From IMG/VR virus record IMGVR_UViG_3300036715_002161, positions 32,001 to 96,000 of that record: 64,000 nucleotides of DNA. One strand, given 5' to 3'. A program made the translations under genes and the position numbers. Each line of letters starts with the position of its first letter. Position 1 is the stretch's first letter. Of the stretch, positions 33,850 to 44,791 are shown piece by piece. Origin of the DNA: a virus. The notes under the pieces were generated by a model. That model was not told the DNA's origin. It worked only from the letters and a program-made list of their open reading frames with translations, and did not search any database.

Positions 33850-35460
33850 ATGACACAAAAGAAAGTGAAGTTAACTACTTCGCAGCTGGGCAGGGCAATA
33901 TTGTCCTTTAAGGGGAAACCCTTTTCCCTGGACGGCTATAAACCATTTACTGAAATATATGACTTTGACCCACCTCTGATGACGGTCAAGTGTTCCAGAC
34001 AGGTTGGTAAGACTCTATCCATTGGGGCCATCAAAGCCCTTAAGTGTATATCAAGGCCTTATTTCACCTCTCTGTATATTGCCCCATTGTCAGTCCAGGC
34101 CTCACGGTTTTCAACTACTTACCTAGACCCTTTCCTGAATTCCCCTCTGGTCAAGAAATACTATAGGGATACCAGTTCGAAGAAAAATGTCTTTGAAAAG
34201 ACATTGAATAATGGTTCTATAATGTTCTTGTCTTATGCCGAGTCCGAGGTAGACGCCGACCGAGTTCGAGGGGTGGCCGGAGATGCCCTTTCCGTAGATG
34301 AAGTTCAAGACGTCCAAGCCGAAGCCTTGCCTATCCTATATGAATCTTTGTCGGCCTCAGACTATGCCCTTAAGAGGCACTATGGTACTCCTAAGTCAGA
34401 ACAGAATACCTTAGAGGTACTGTTCAAAAAGGGGTCGGGTAGTGAGTGGTGTGTTAAATGTAATCATTGTAATCACTGGAACATTCCCTGGGACCATGAC
34501 AATTGTGTAGCCATCTGTAGTGGACTAGTAGGACCTATTTGTATTAAATGCTCTAACCTATTAGACGTAACCTCCGGAGGATGGATCTCGGCCAGACCAG
34601 ACCAAAACAAAGTACATGTGTCTATGCATATACCAAGGTTTATGCTGGAGTCTAGGGCCAACCCTAAAAAGTGGGGGGAACTACAACATGCCATAACAGA
34701 GTATTCTACCAGCAAGCTAGACAATGAAGTCTTTGGTATTGCCAGTGGCAGTGCTGGCCGTATTCTTTCTCAGAAAGAGGCGATGGAGTGCTGTAACCCA
34801 GAAGTCTCTGAATTTGATACTTGCTGGGCGATGGACTCTCGTGGTATAGTTGCAATTGCAGTAGGGGTAGACTGGTCTTTGGTAGGTAGTAAAGTTAGCC
34901 ATACGACAATTACTGTTGCCGGGTTTGATAGTACCGGTAAGCTGTACGTAATGTATGCCAAAAGAATAGATGAAAAAGATGTACAGAAACAGGTCCGGGA
35001 AGTAATTGACATTTATCGTAGATTTAACGCCCAGATTATTTGTAGCGACCGTGGAGTAGGTGTTATGCAGGGGCAATTAATTTCTCAGATTATAGGTTCT
35101 GACAAAGCTTATATGATACAATTAGGGGCAGCCAAAGTTCCATTGACCCTGGACCGTGCTGGCGGTTATATGTTCGCCGACAGGACAATGGCTATGGACT
35201 CCGTTATATTTAAGGCCAAGTTAGGCCGTTCTAAGTTGGAGACTCCAAGCTGGAATCTGATGTCTTCACCTTTTTGGTCAGATTGGCTTAATTGTTATGA
35301 TGAAGAAACCAGGTCAGGAAGAAAAGTTTATAGAAAGAATGACGGAACGACCGACGACCTGTTAATGTCAACGGCCTTCGCCAATATTGGATTTCAGATA
35401 ATGCAGGGCGACTTCACTTATCTGGATCAGCAAGACCCACATCAACTAGGAGATTTTTAA
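33850..35460 (+). CDS. terL: terminase large subunit (GpA-like, with Zn finger)
   Basis: SRQVGKT Walker A, VDEVQD Walker B, GTPK, CxxC...CxxC, GVDW nuclease motif; start at 33850 chosen from TAAAATA spacing. Confidence 0.85.
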   Translation: MTQKKVKLTTSQLGRAILSFKGKPFSLDGYKPFTEIYDFDPPLMTVKCSRQVGKTLSIGAIKALKCISRPYFTSLYIAPLSVQASRFSTTYLDPFLNSPLVKKYYRDTSSKKNVFEKTLNNGSIMFLSYAESEVDADRVRGVAGDALSVDEVQDVQAEALPILYESLSASDYALKRHYGTPKSEQNTLEVLFKKGSGSEWCVKCNHCNHWNIPWDHDNCVAICSGLVGPICIKCSNLLDVTSGGWISARPDQNKVHVSMHIPRFMLESRANPKKWGELQHAITEYSTSKLDNEVFGIASGSAGRILSQKEAMECCNPEVSEFDTCWAMDSRGIVAIAVGVDWSLVGSKVSHTTITVAGFDSTGKLYVMYAKRIDEKDVQKQVREVIDIYRRFNAQIICSDRGVGVMQGQLISQIIGSDKAYMIQLGAAKVPLTLDRAGGYMFADRTMAMDSVIFKAKLGRSKLETPSWNLMSSPFWSDWLNCYDEETRSGRKVYRKNDGTTDDLLMSTAFANIGFQIMQGDFTYLDQQDPHQLGDF

Positions 35461-35879
35461 TGAGTAAAGAAGTAAAAGAAGAAGTAAAAGAGAACACCAA
35501 GTACAAAGAAGAAGATCTATTGGCTATCTTTGATACCCTTATGTTTGAAGGTAAGTATACTGAAGATGTAATGATTAAGGGCAAGCTTAAGGTGACGTTT
35601 AGGTCAATGTCTGCCAAAGATGTATCAGAGACTTCTGCCCTTCTGGACTCCAAGAACTATATCTTATATGAAACCATGCAGCAACAAAGAGCGTTACTCA
35701 ACCTGAGCCGCTGCCTTGACTTTTATAATCAAAAAGACTTGTCCACAATGACTTCTGATAATAAAATGGCATTCATTGAAGGCCTCCCTGCTGCAATGGT
35801 GGCTGCCTTGTCAGACTCTCTTGGGGAGTTCTCTGTCAAAGTTATGAAAGCCTGCGAGGTAGGTGAGAAAAATTTTTAA
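35460..35879 (+). CDS. tail assembly chaperone (G-like)
   Basis: Upstream of tape measure; ends at A-AAT-TTT slippery site. Confidence 0.7.
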   Translation: MSKEVKEEVKENTKYKEEDLLAIFDTLMFEGKYTEDVMIKGKLKVTFRSMSAKDVSETSALLDSKNYILYETMQQQRALLNLSRCLDFYNQKDLSTMTSDNKMAFIEGLPAAMVAALSDSLGEFSVKVMKACEVGEKNF

Positions 35880-36241
35880 AACAGTCGTGGGCCATTAGCC
35901 GACTTAAATTATATACCTCTGGAATAAAACCTCCACCTCTTGGAAGCCCCCAAGATATAGTCCTTAGAAAGTTTGATCTTATACAGGAAGAGAAGCAGGT
36001 TATATTAAATAAGATAATGACTCAACACATTATTAGTCAAAGTAGGGGGGATTCTTTTGTCTCCTCTATTAAGAAGCTGTGGAGTCATTATGTTAGTTTG
36101 GCCTATGGTATAGAAGACAAGTCAGTAGATGAGGAAGTGGCTATGCGTCATGAATATGATTTCTTCAAACATCTACGTCCAGTAATGTCTAAGACCGCAG
36201 AAGGTATAACGGTAGTCAAAGGTCTGCTAGGGTTAAAATAA
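35870..36241 (+). CDS. tail assembly chaperone frameshift extension (GT-like)
   Basis: -1 frame open from 35870 to stop at 36241. Confidence 0.65.
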   Translation, partial: KFLKQSWAISRLKLYTSGIKPPPLGSPQDIVLRKFDLIQEEKQVILNKIMTQHIISQSRGDSFVSSIKKLWSHYVSLAYGIEDKSVDEEVAMRHEYDFFKHLRPVMSKTAEGITVVKGLLGLK

Positions 36242-36244
36242 AGT

Positions 36245-39136
36245 ATGGCTGACATCTTTAAAACCCAGGCAGATACTAGGTTTAACTCTTTTACTGATCC
36301 CCTTAACCCGGTCAATACAAACTCTGGGTCATGGGGTATTAATTCAGCCTATCTGACTCCGAGTTATACTGCCCAGTATAGACCCGGCTATCAAGGACCC
36401 TACGGAACCCAGTATGGTAACTCGGGTAATCCTGGGTTTTTCCATTCCTTAAATGCCACCTTAAATCCTTTTAGTGCTGCCCCTGGCCCTGGTGGAAACG
36501 TATACAATCAAACTTCTGGCTATTATAGCTCACTAGGACAAACACCGATGGCGGGTGCAGCCTCCTTGGCTCAGAACTATGTCTTACCTATGACGGCCAG
36601 CTACTATGCCTTCAAATACCTTAATCGTCCCAGTCATGCCATAGGTAGGGCGGCCCTGGGTGGATTTTCCAGAGGTGTTATGTCAGGTCTAGGGGCTAAT
36701 GCTGGTATGGCCGCCGGAGCTGGAGAAATGATGGGGGCAGTAGGTGGCTTCGCGGCAGAATTTGCGCTTCCCGGTATGGTGGCTCAGGCTGCCTTGGCCC
36801 CGGCAAATGCCATGATCTTTAACCCAATGGTAAACAACTTTCAGACCGCTGACATGTTAAGACGTAATACGGCGGGTATTACTTTTGGTGGTGGATATGG
36901 TAATGATGTAACTGGTGGTGGTTTGAGTCGTAGATCAGCCTCTAGGATGTCCACTCAGATGAGTCAAATAGGTGCCCGTGATCAAACCTTCAGTATGGAT
37001 GAAGTTACTGACATTGCCGATAATTCTATGAGGGCCGGGCTATACGATAACGTCAAGGCCAAGGACTTGGTCGGTAAGACAAAACAGATTGTAACCCAGA
37101 TTAAGACCATTATGCAGTTTGCCAATACCTCTGATTATAAAGAGGCTATTGAGCTTATGGCGACCATTCAAAGGTCAGGTGTAGGGGTAGGTACTGCCAT
37201 GAGCCAGTTTACTACCACAATGGGTGGGTATGCGGCCACTGCTGGTGTCTCTACTCAGAGAATGATGAATACCGTAGGTATGCAGGGTCAATATATGTTC
37301 GGGGCAAATGGATTAAATCCAGCCCTGGGGCAGTTGGCGGCAGGTAAGTCTTATGCCTCCTTTATGGCAGCTAACCGTCAGGGTTTAATTTCTCAAAGCT
37401 TGCTGGCCACAATGGGTGGAGCCGAAGGGGCAGCCCAATCCTCTATTACAGGCCAATTAAATGCCTATCAGAGTCCATATGCCAACATTATTGGGTATAA
37501 CGCCTTATATAATGGCGGAGCCGGGAAATCAGTCATAGACAACGTTACAAAATTCGGAGGGGCTGCTGCTCGTGACCCTATTGGAGTACGGGGTAAAATG
37601 CTTCTTCACCAAAATGATATTACTGGTTCCATGACCAAGGCTGGGCCTATGGGTGTGGAAAGGATGATCGAAGACTATGTTGATAATAATCACGGATTGT
37701 CCAGGGATAAAAATGGGAAAATTTCTCCAGAAGTAGCTATGGTGGCCTTGGTAGACGGTCTTGGTATGAGCCCAGAGAACGCTAAGGCCGTTATGATAGA
37801 TCGTATGAACCAGGAAGACCCGGAGGTTCTTAAGGCCCGGATGGCTGCCCTTACTAAGAATGGTGCTGACCAAACCATGTCTTATATGAAAAATCAGAAT
37901 ATTAACTATGGCCCACTTAATGGAGCTGTTCAAGGTATAAGCGGGGCTTGGAGAGGAGCTAAGGCGGCTGGAGCCAGGGGAGTAGGGCGAACTGTTGGAG
38001 CCCTGTCTGCAATTATTGGAGACGACACAGAAAAAGCTTTGTCGGGAGCTCAATACGGCGACCTAAAAGGTCAGGTGTATGACCCCAGTAGAAAAGTTGA
38101 AGGCAAGGTTAAAAGACTTAAAAATATAGAATCCTTTGATCGACTAGACCCAACGAATGAGATAAATAAGCTGGCTGATGCGGGGGATGAGGATGCTCAG
38201 ACTTATATAGACAATTCTGGCCCAGCTGGTAATAAAAGCCTACAGAAAGAAGCCTTTCGCAGAATGTCTACTATGGGAAAAATTTCTGCTGATGAAGAAT
38301 TCTATCATAACGCTGCCTCTATAAATATGGAGGGCGGTACTACAACGGCTACCCCAGCTGGCTCCAAGAATGACCTATTAACCTCTAGATTAGGCGAAAT
38401 CAGGAAGATAGGAAAAGAAGGTATGATGAGGGGTATGGCAGAAGACTTAATGCTAGGTACTCTACGCACTGACCTAAAGGGGGCTAAATCTGCCAAAGAT
38501 GCCCAAGATATTGTGGATAGGTTTAATACGGTTAGTGGTAGGACTGGTAAGAATAAATTGGATATAGCCACGGCTAGAAGCTTGGCCGACTCGGATGCTA
38601 AAAACTTCGTTAATCAGGGATTATCTGAGGCTGGTCTTAGAATGACTGAACTTGGGTTTGATCCTAAAAACCCATATGCTTTCTTTAAAAGCGAGGCCGA
38701 TCAGTTAGAAAGTGGTAAGGGTAATCTATGGGATTCCATAAAAGATAAGGATGCCCGGGCCAGAATTATGGGGCTCAAAGGTACAGCACGTAGAGATGCC
38801 TTGGAAAAGGAAGTTTTTAATGGTATTAAAATCTATGACAAAATGTCCACTTACGAAGGAGGAGACGCAGACGATGCTTCCAATCTGAATGAGCAACGTA
38901 TGCAGACGGCCAGAGATATGAACCAGGCCTTGACCGAATATAAGAGTAAGGCCATAGACTTCAGTACTTATAAGAGAGAAATTTCTGAAATCTCCTTTGC
39001 CGGATCAGTATCTAAATTTGATAAGGCAGTAAATAATTGGGTGAGTAAAACAGAGGGAGGTAAGCTTCCAGGATTTGATAAAATAAACTTCGGCAAGGGT
39101 AAAGACCCAGCCGTCAGAACTTTAAAGGAACCATAA
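36245..39136 (+). CDS. tape measure protein
   Basis: 963 aa, Ala/Gly/Met-rich helical; follows chaperone pair. Confidence 0.65.
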   Translation: MADIFKTQADTRFNSFTDPLNPVNTNSGSWGINSAYLTPSYTAQYRPGYQGPYGTQYGNSGNPGFFHSLNATLNPFSAAPGPGGNVYNQTSGYYSSLGQTPMAGAASLAQNYVLPMTASYYAFKYLNRPSHAIGRAALGGFSRGVMSGLGANAGMAAGAGEMMGAVGGFAAEFALPGMVAQAALAPANAMIFNPMVNNFQTADMLRRNTAGITFGGGYGNDVTGGGLSRRSASRMSTQMSQIGARDQTFSMDEVTDIADNSMRAGLYDNVKAKDLVGKTKQIVTQIKTIMQFANTSDYKEAIELMATIQRSGVGVGTAMSQFTTTMGGYAATAGVSTQRMMNTVGMQGQYMFGANGLNPALGQLAAGKSYASFMAANRQGLISQSLLATMGGAEGAAQSSITGQLNAYQSPYANIIGYNALYNGGAGKSVIDNVTKFGGAAARDPIGVRGKMLLHQNDITGSMTKAGPMGVERMIEDYVDNNHGLSRDKNGKISPEVAMVALVDGLGMSPENAKAVMIDRMNQEDPEVLKARMAALTKNGADQTMSYMKNQNINYGPLNGAVQGISGAWRGAKAAGARGVGRTVGALSAIIGDDTEKALSGAQYGDLKGQVYDPSRKVEGKVKRLKNIESFDRLDPTNEINKLADAGDEDAQTYIDNSGPAGNKSLQKEAFRRMSTMGKISADEEFYHNAASINMEGGTTTATPAGSKNDLLTSRLGEIRKIGKEGMMRGMAEDLMLGTLRTDLKGAKSAKDAQDIVDRFNTVSGRTGKNKLDIATARSLADSDAKNFVNQGLSEAGLRMTELGFDPKNPYAFFKSEADQLESGKGNLWDSIKDKDARARIMGLKGTARRDALEKEVFNGIKIYDKMSTYEGGDADDASNLNEQRMQTARDMNQALTEYKSKAIDFSTYKREISEISFAGSVSKFDKAVNNWVSKTEGGKLPGFDKINFGKGKDPAVRTLKEP

Positions 39137-39137
39137 A

Positions 39138-39347
39138 ATGGCCAAGGCAGTTATTAATACCAAACTTTTGGCATTGACCCCAGCCCAAGTTTACTTACAA
39201 CAGGTAGGTGCTACTTTTGAGGCCATTAGATATAGCAATACCGACTTGTCGTATATACCCGCTCAATTTGGTGGATTGACGGGCCAAAACCTGGTTTCTA
39301 ATAGTGGGGTAGTATTAGAAGTAATTTCCTTTGATATAGAATCATGA
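39138..39347 (+). CDS. small virion protein
   Basis: Coupled ORF in tail module. Confidence 0.5.
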   Translation: MAKAVINTKLLALTPAQVYLQQVGATFEAIRYSNTDLSYIPAQFGGLTGQNLVSNSGVVLEVISFDIES

Positions 39348-40741
39348 CATTTCCTTTTACAAGTAGTCCTGTAGTACCATCTAGTCTGACTAGTTTTCTT
39401 ACACCCGATTCTCCACTTCAGGCTAGTAAGGTACCGGTTGCCTCCACCAATCTGAATAATTTCTTGACTAGTCAACCATATAACGATAGTAGTCCAGACA
39501 GAGATGGCGGAAATACCAGACTAGGAATTGTCCTACCCAGGTCAGCAAGTAACCGTATGAGTAACGGAGTAGTCCAGGCTACGACTAAGGATTATAACTC
39601 CAGGGGAGTAGTTGCGGCCATGAGACTTAAGGTCAATCCTAATCTTAAAAATAGACCTACAAGCCAAGGTGGGCTGGATTATTCTTCTGATATAGATTCT
39701 CTTACAAAAGAAGGGCTTACTTTCCAGAACTTTTTATTGACCGACATTCAGGTTACATATAGTGAAAAAGTTCAAATTATGACTACTTTTGGTGATAACG
39801 AAGTAGCCTACTATTTCGGTAGACAGCCGGTAGTATATAATTTGTCAGGTGTACTGGTAGATGCCATAAACTTTGAATGGTTTACCAAATTCGTAGCCTT
39901 ATACCAAAATACCCTCAGAGGTAGTCAGCTGGCCAAGAACTATGAATTATTGGAAATATTATTACCTAATATAAAACTTGTTGGCAGTATAATGTCTTTG
40001 TCAACAAATCAGAATGCGGCCAGGGATACAGATATAGGGTTTGTCCTTCAATTTTTAGCCAAGGGTTTTGTCCCTCAGCCTATGCCTGCTGGGACTGGAG
40101 CTGTTGGAATCGGCAAACCAATGCTTACCTTTGACACGAATAAGGTTCCCAATCTGAGTAATCAAGTATCTGTTTTATTTGGGGCCAATATCGGATCCGC
40201 AAGTAATGTACTTAGTACTACTACTGGATTAGGCAGTATACTGTCTAAAAACCCCTTTTCATCTATTACTAACCCTTTGACATCAGCCGCATCTATAATT
40301 GAGTCATCCTTTTCTCCTGTTTATGGTATCCTATCTGATATAACCAAACTTATAAACACTGGTGGTGGGGATATTGCCAGTATTATTAACTCATTTAGCA
40401 GCCCAGTTAATGCCATACTTAAATCTATTAATAATATCTCCAAGGAAGCCTTCGCCCTTGGGACGGCCATAGATAACCAGATAAAACAAATTGCTGACAT
40501 AGGATTAAAGGGCCGTAATAGTATTACTCAGACATTAATAGGTGTTAAGAATGCAGTTGGATCCATTACTCGTATTCCACATACAGCATCTCAAGCCTTC
40601 GCCTCTTTAGTTACTGGCGGTAGGGTTTCTTCTAAGGCGGCCATATTAGGAGGCGGATTCCGCTCAAGTCATACTGCCGACAAAATACCACTATTACACT
40701 CAGGATCCACTTATAAACCTTCCTCTGGGGCCTCTCTATGA
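39344..40741 (+). CDS. tail/baseplate structural protein
   Basis: Tube-fold-like YSEKVQIMTTFGD..YYFGRQP...LSGVL segment. Confidence 0.55.
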   Translation: MTFPFTSSPVVPSSLTSFLTPDSPLQASKVPVASTNLNNFLTSQPYNDSSPDRDGGNTRLGIVLPRSASNRMSNGVVQATTKDYNSRGVVAAMRLKVNPNLKNRPTSQGGLDYSSDIDSLTKEGLTFQNFLLTDIQVTYSEKVQIMTTFGDNEVAYYFGRQPVVYNLSGVLVDAINFEWFTKFVALYQNTLRGSQLAKNYELLEILLPNIKLVGSIMSLSTNQNAARDTDIGFVLQFLAKGFVPQPMPAGTGAVGIGKPMLTFDTNKVPNLSNQVSVLFGANIGSASNVLSTTTGLGSILSKNPFSSITNPLTSAASIIESSFSPVYGILSDITKLINTGGGDIASIINSFSSPVNAILKSINNISKEAFALGTAIDNQIKQIADIGLKGRNSITQTLIGVKNAVGSITRIPHTASQAFASLVTGGRVSSKAAILGGGFRSSHTADKIPLLHSGSTYKPSSGASL

Positions 40742-41595
40742 GTCTAAGAGAATACTCTAATTTCCTAGTCTTTGAAGGAGTCCTGGAAAGTATAGGAAAT
40801 GTCTCTCCTATAATGTCTCAGCTAAGGGATATGATTCTATATCCACATCTTAAAATTGTAGAAACAGATTGTAATACTTTTATGGGTAGAGTATTACCTT
40901 TGACCCCAGACCTAACTGGAGAGATAGAAGTATCAACCGGTGTAGCCTTGACTAAAGCCAGGATAAACTACCTATACTCAAAAGGTATCTATACTACTCA
41001 GGTAAGATCTATCAATACTTGTACCTCTATAGATGGTATCTGTACCAAGTGTTTCTCTGGCACATTCCCGGAAAAGAGCACACCAGAAGTCGGGTCTATT
41101 GTCAGTATACCTCCTAGATACATATTATCTTTTGACATAGTTATCGGAAATGGTCATAGCAATACATATACTCTGAATTTTGCCCCTGAGGCCACAGATA
41201 CTACTTTGTTGTTTATTAATGGTATTTTATCGCCTTCTAACACATATGATATACAAGGTAATATTCTTACTACTTTAACCCCACTACCAATAAATGACAT
41301 AATAGCCGTCAAAAATTATGGTCTTAGTACCTCCGGACTATTGGGGTTTTTTGCCAGGAGTTATTCTGGGGCAGTTTTCGGAATACATGAGCTGCCTACT
41401 TATCCCTTACCTATTAGACAAGGTCTTTACGAAACAGTAGTAATACCAGATGCAGTATTGGATCAGGCTTTTACGGAACTAGAGAAATTTCCAATAACCT
41501 CTACCACCCTTGAGTATTATGGTACAATAAATTCTAACCTGGAAAAAGCCTTGTTCTTATTATACAACTATGCAATCTACTCATCAATTCAATAA
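40738..41595 (+). CDS. protein with RNAP beta-prime-like Zn motif plus virion-type beta domain
   Basis: IVETDCNT...VRSINTCTSIDGICTKCF. Confidence 0.5.
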   Translation: MSLREYSNFLVFEGVLESIGNVSPIMSQLRDMILYPHLKIVETDCNTFMGRVLPLTPDLTGEIEVSTGVALTKARINYLYSKGIYTTQVRSINTCTSIDGICTKCFSGTFPEKSTPEVGSIVSIPPRYILSFDIVIGNGHSNTYTLNFAPEATDTTLLFINGILSPSNTYDIQGNILTTLTPLPINDIIAVKNYGLSTSGLLGFFARSYSGAVFGIHELPTYPLPIRQGLYETVVIPDAVLDQAFTELEKFPITSTTLEYYGTINSNLEKALFLLYNYAIYSSIQ

Positions 41596-43879
41596 TAACC
41601 AATCCTATACTGATGTAGTATTTCAAGAATTTGCTCTTTTTATTGAGGGAGTAGAAGTCCCATTTACCTCTATGTCAGTATCTTCTGGGCTGGGGACTTT
41701 ACCAACGGCAGTAATAACTGTACCACCAGCCCCGGCCTTAATGGATATAGCTGTTTTCTATCAACCTAAGGTACATATTTTTTATAGGGATACCATAGGA
41801 GGTATAGACGATGGGGCCAATGCCGGTGATCCCAATAGACAGCCGGGAACTTGGAGACTACTATTTAAAGGTATAATTGCCAGTAGTTCCTTTCAGAAAT
41901 CTATTAATTCTTCTACTGAGAATATCCAGTTTTCCTGTATACATAAGTATAGTGTTACCAGAGATATGCTATTGGACTATACCGCTCGATTTAATCTCCA
42001 AACAGATAGGTCCACCCAGGGGACTTCTCCCGGAGCGGCCAATAGTCAAGTGAGTATTTTGGCGGCATTAGAGAGTATAACTGATAATGATCCGGCCACA
42101 GAGGCCACTCTGACCACACCTACTAATTCAGTCAAAACTTCTACCCTACCTTTATTTTTACGGAATTTCAAAAATAGACTTATTGGTATTCCAGGGGTCA
42201 TGGTCAATTTCTGGCAACAAATAAAAAGGGATACTTTTAATAAAGACTTGCTTCCTTTTATGGATATATTTAATAAATTATATCTACCGCTGGTAGAATC
42301 AGGTCTACAGATTTTCCAAAGGACTACCGGTCATAGGTTTATAGAATCATTAATAGATGGTTCTAAGACTGACTATGATTGTGGGGCGGCCAATGGAGGG
42401 GTAAGGAAAATAATCACTCCTCACCCATATAGACTATTTATTGAGTCAGCTATTCAACAGGAAATGGCTATAAGAGTTATTAGTGAAACCATGCAGAATA
42501 CTGGGGAACTTACTGATATTTTCTCTTTGTTCAATGCGGTCTATGAATCTATCGACTACGATATGATTACTTTGGCCAGCCCAGCCGAGTCTGCTAATAT
42601 GCTAGATGGGGTCAGTACCTGGGCCGCCGATACTATTATAAAACCCAAACTACCTTTTTATTATTCTCCAACTTGTAATATTTTCTTACCAGGGATGTAT
42701 CTATCCTTAAATGTAAATAGTGATGAAAGCAATATTCCTAGTAGACTAGACTTTAGAAATGATGAGAGTATTGATGGTACTAATAGTGCCAAACTAAATA
42801 CTTACTTTAGGGCTCCGGCATCTGTTAGAGAAGCCATATCCAAAGGGTTTGATCCTCAGGGTAAAAATGACCTTTTGAGTACTACCGGCCAAGGTAAGGG
42901 TAAATTCAGTAAATATGAGCAAGGCAGGGGTGTCAAGGTAGAAGTGGGTGTTTTACCTAGATGGCTATCTATGTTTAGTGCCGCTCAGTTTTCTGATCAA
43001 AGTAGTAGTAAAGAAAGCTGGCCAGACCCTACAAATAAAAACAACTATGATTCTATTGATAGACTGGCAAATGCCTGGACTGCCAGGTATGGCAAAGAAA
43101 AGGATAATCTAAATCCATGGGTTAAAAACTCTGATGTCCAACCCTACCATAGAATGCTATTTTCTGCCGTTGACTACTATTATACTCAGTATGTTGCCAG
43201 AAGTAGGGCTGGTGTAATGGATTGTCCGTTTAACCCATATGTAATACCTGGGTATCCCTTGGACATTATCTCAGGAAACCCAACCTCGCCAAGTTTCCAT
43301 GGCTTATGTACTAGCATAACCCATACAATAACCTCTACCTCTTGCCAGACTACTGTGTCTTTTGCCGCAGCCCTGACTTATTCTCAACTGGTAAACTACT
43401 ATATACCTTTTGTTCACCCCTGGTTAGAGGTCAGCCTTGGCTTGGCCGATAATCCTACTTTGGTGGCCAACACTGAAGGCAAGATAAAGGCCAAGCAGTT
43501 CTACAAAGGGGTATTATCCAATTACGTAACTGCCATAGGACCAGAGGACTTGCTGAACTTTTCTACCGGTTTACCCAACCCTTTGACAAGAGGAGGGGAC
43601 AACTTGGTCGGACCAGGAGGATCAGCCACTTCAGTAGAGGGACATAATGGCGGAGAAATTAACCCCAATCTGACCTATCAAGGTAATCTAAGTTTAGCAT
43701 ACAGAGAAATTGAGTCCAAGGACAGTATAATGGCCAGAGAAAATATAAAGTTTATTGATATGCATCCCTCCGTATACAATAGTACCGTCTTCAAGTATAT
43801 TGATAAAATTATTACTGACCCTAGTCAAAGACTAGATCTTAACCAAAGTCCATTCCTGGACTATGCTGACCCCAGTTAA
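41570..43879 (+). CDS. baseplate hub-like protein
   Basis: LFIEGVEVPF N-terminus; PFNPYVIPGYP...SITHTI hub-like motif. Confidence 0.55.
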   Translation: MQSTHQFNNNQSYTDVVFQEFALFIEGVEVPFTSMSVSSGLGTLPTAVITVPPAPALMDIAVFYQPKVHIFYRDTIGGIDDGANAGDPNRQPGTWRLLFKGIIASSSFQKSINSSTENIQFSCIHKYSVTRDMLLDYTARFNLQTDRSTQGTSPGAANSQVSILAALESITDNDPATEATLTTPTNSVKTSTLPLFLRNFKNRLIGIPGVMVNFWQQIKRDTFNKDLLPFMDIFNKLYLPLVESGLQIFQRTTGHRFIESLIDGSKTDYDCGAANGGVRKIITPHPYRLFIESAIQQEMAIRVISETMQNTGELTDIFSLFNAVYESIDYDMITLASPAESANMLDGVSTWAADTIIKPKLPFYYSPTCNIFLPGMYLSLNVNSDESNIPSRLDFRNDESIDGTNSAKLNTYFRAPASVREAISKGFDPQGKNDLLSTTGQGKGKFSKYEQGRGVKVEVGVLPRWLSMFSAAQFSDQSSSKESWPDPTNKNNYDSIDRLANAWTARYGKEKDNLNPWVKNSDVQPYHRMLFSAVDYYYTQYVARSRAGVMDCPFNPYVIPGYPLDIISGNPTSPSFHGLCTSITHTITSTSCQTTVSFAAALTYSQLVNYYIPFVHPWLEVSLGLADNPTLVANTEGKIKAKQFYKGVLSNYVTAIGPEDLLNFSTGLPNPLTRGGDNLVGPGGSATSVEGHNGGEINPNLTYQGNLSLAYREIESKDSIMARENIKFIDMHPSVYNSTVFKYIDKIITDPSQRLDLNQSPFLDYADPS

Positions 43880-43888
43880 AATAAAGGT

Positions 43889-44098
43889 ATGATTTCTACC
43901 TCAAGTCTGGCCGTCGGAGTTCAAACCGGTGCTGAATTAATTCCTACCAATGCTGCACCGGTTCTAAGTTCGACAAGTGACGCCTTGGCCTGTTTTAGTC
44001 AACAACAGTTCAGTGCCAAACTACAAACTTACTTGGTAAGCTATGTAATGGCAGTGGGTGGTTACTATTCATTATACTCAGGGTTTAATCCAGAATGA
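43889..44098 (+). CDS. small hypothetical late protein
   Basis: TAAAATA 5 nt upstream of ATG. Confidence 0.5.
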   Translation: MISTSSLAVGVQTGAELIPTNAAPVLSSTSDALACFSQQQFSAKLQTYLVSYVMAVGGYYSLYSGFNPE

Positions 44099-44790
44099 CA
44101 GAAGATGTAAAAAATCTAGACCAAGAGCTTTACTTTAAATGGGTTGAGGATAAATCCAAGCCTAACCTCAGCAAACTTGTAAAGCAGCTTTATCCAATTA
44201 TATACTCGGAAGTCCGTAGACAGTCTGGTACTTTACCAGAAGCTGCTCTTTCTGGGGAGGCCAAGAAATGGGCCATTAAAGCCATACAGACGTATGACCC
44301 TAGCAAGGGGGCCTTATTGTCTACTCATACTGTAAACTACCTGGCCAAGACTCGTAGACTTAACTATAAGTATCAAAATGCAGTTAGGCTTCCAGAAAAT
44401 CTACATAGACAATTCTCTGAGTTTAGAAATGTAGTTAGTCATTTGACTGATAATCTAAATCGTGATCCGACAGATGATGAGATTGCCGATGAAATTGGCT
44501 GGAGTAGGCCACAGGTGGTTAAGTTTAAAGGTGGTCTGTATGATGACCTGCTGGAATCAGGCTCATTAAAGCCTACTGAGGCAACTCAGTTTAATTCTAA
44601 TAAGTTCTTGTTGGACCATATACTTTCTCAATTAGATAGCCAAGAAAAATTTATACTGAATAATAGAGGTACTATGAATTCAACTCAATTGGCAGAAGCC
44701 TTGGGGGTAAATGTAAGTCGCCTCAATTATCTTGTCATGAAGTTGACCAACAAAGTAGCCGCCACTAAAAAAGAAATAGGCATGTACTAG
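44095..44790 (+). CDS. sigma70-family (FliA/SigF-like) sigma factor
   Basis: AIKAIQTYDPSKG..LSTH (region 2), VRLP, LNRDPTDDEIADEIG (region 3), LAEALGVNVSR HTH (region 4). Confidence 0.8.
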   Translation: MTEDVKNLDQELYFKWVEDKSKPNLSKLVKQLYPIIYSEVRRQSGTLPEAALSGEAKKWAIKAIQTYDPSKGALLSTHTVNYLAKTRRLNYKYQNAVRLPENLHRQFSEFRNVVSHLTDNLNRDPTDDEIADEIGWSRPQVVKFKGGLYDDLLESGSLKPTEATQFNSNKFLLDHILSQLDSQEKFILNNRGTMNSTQLAEALGVNVSRLNYLVMKLTNKVAATKKEIGMY

Positions 44791-44791
44791 T

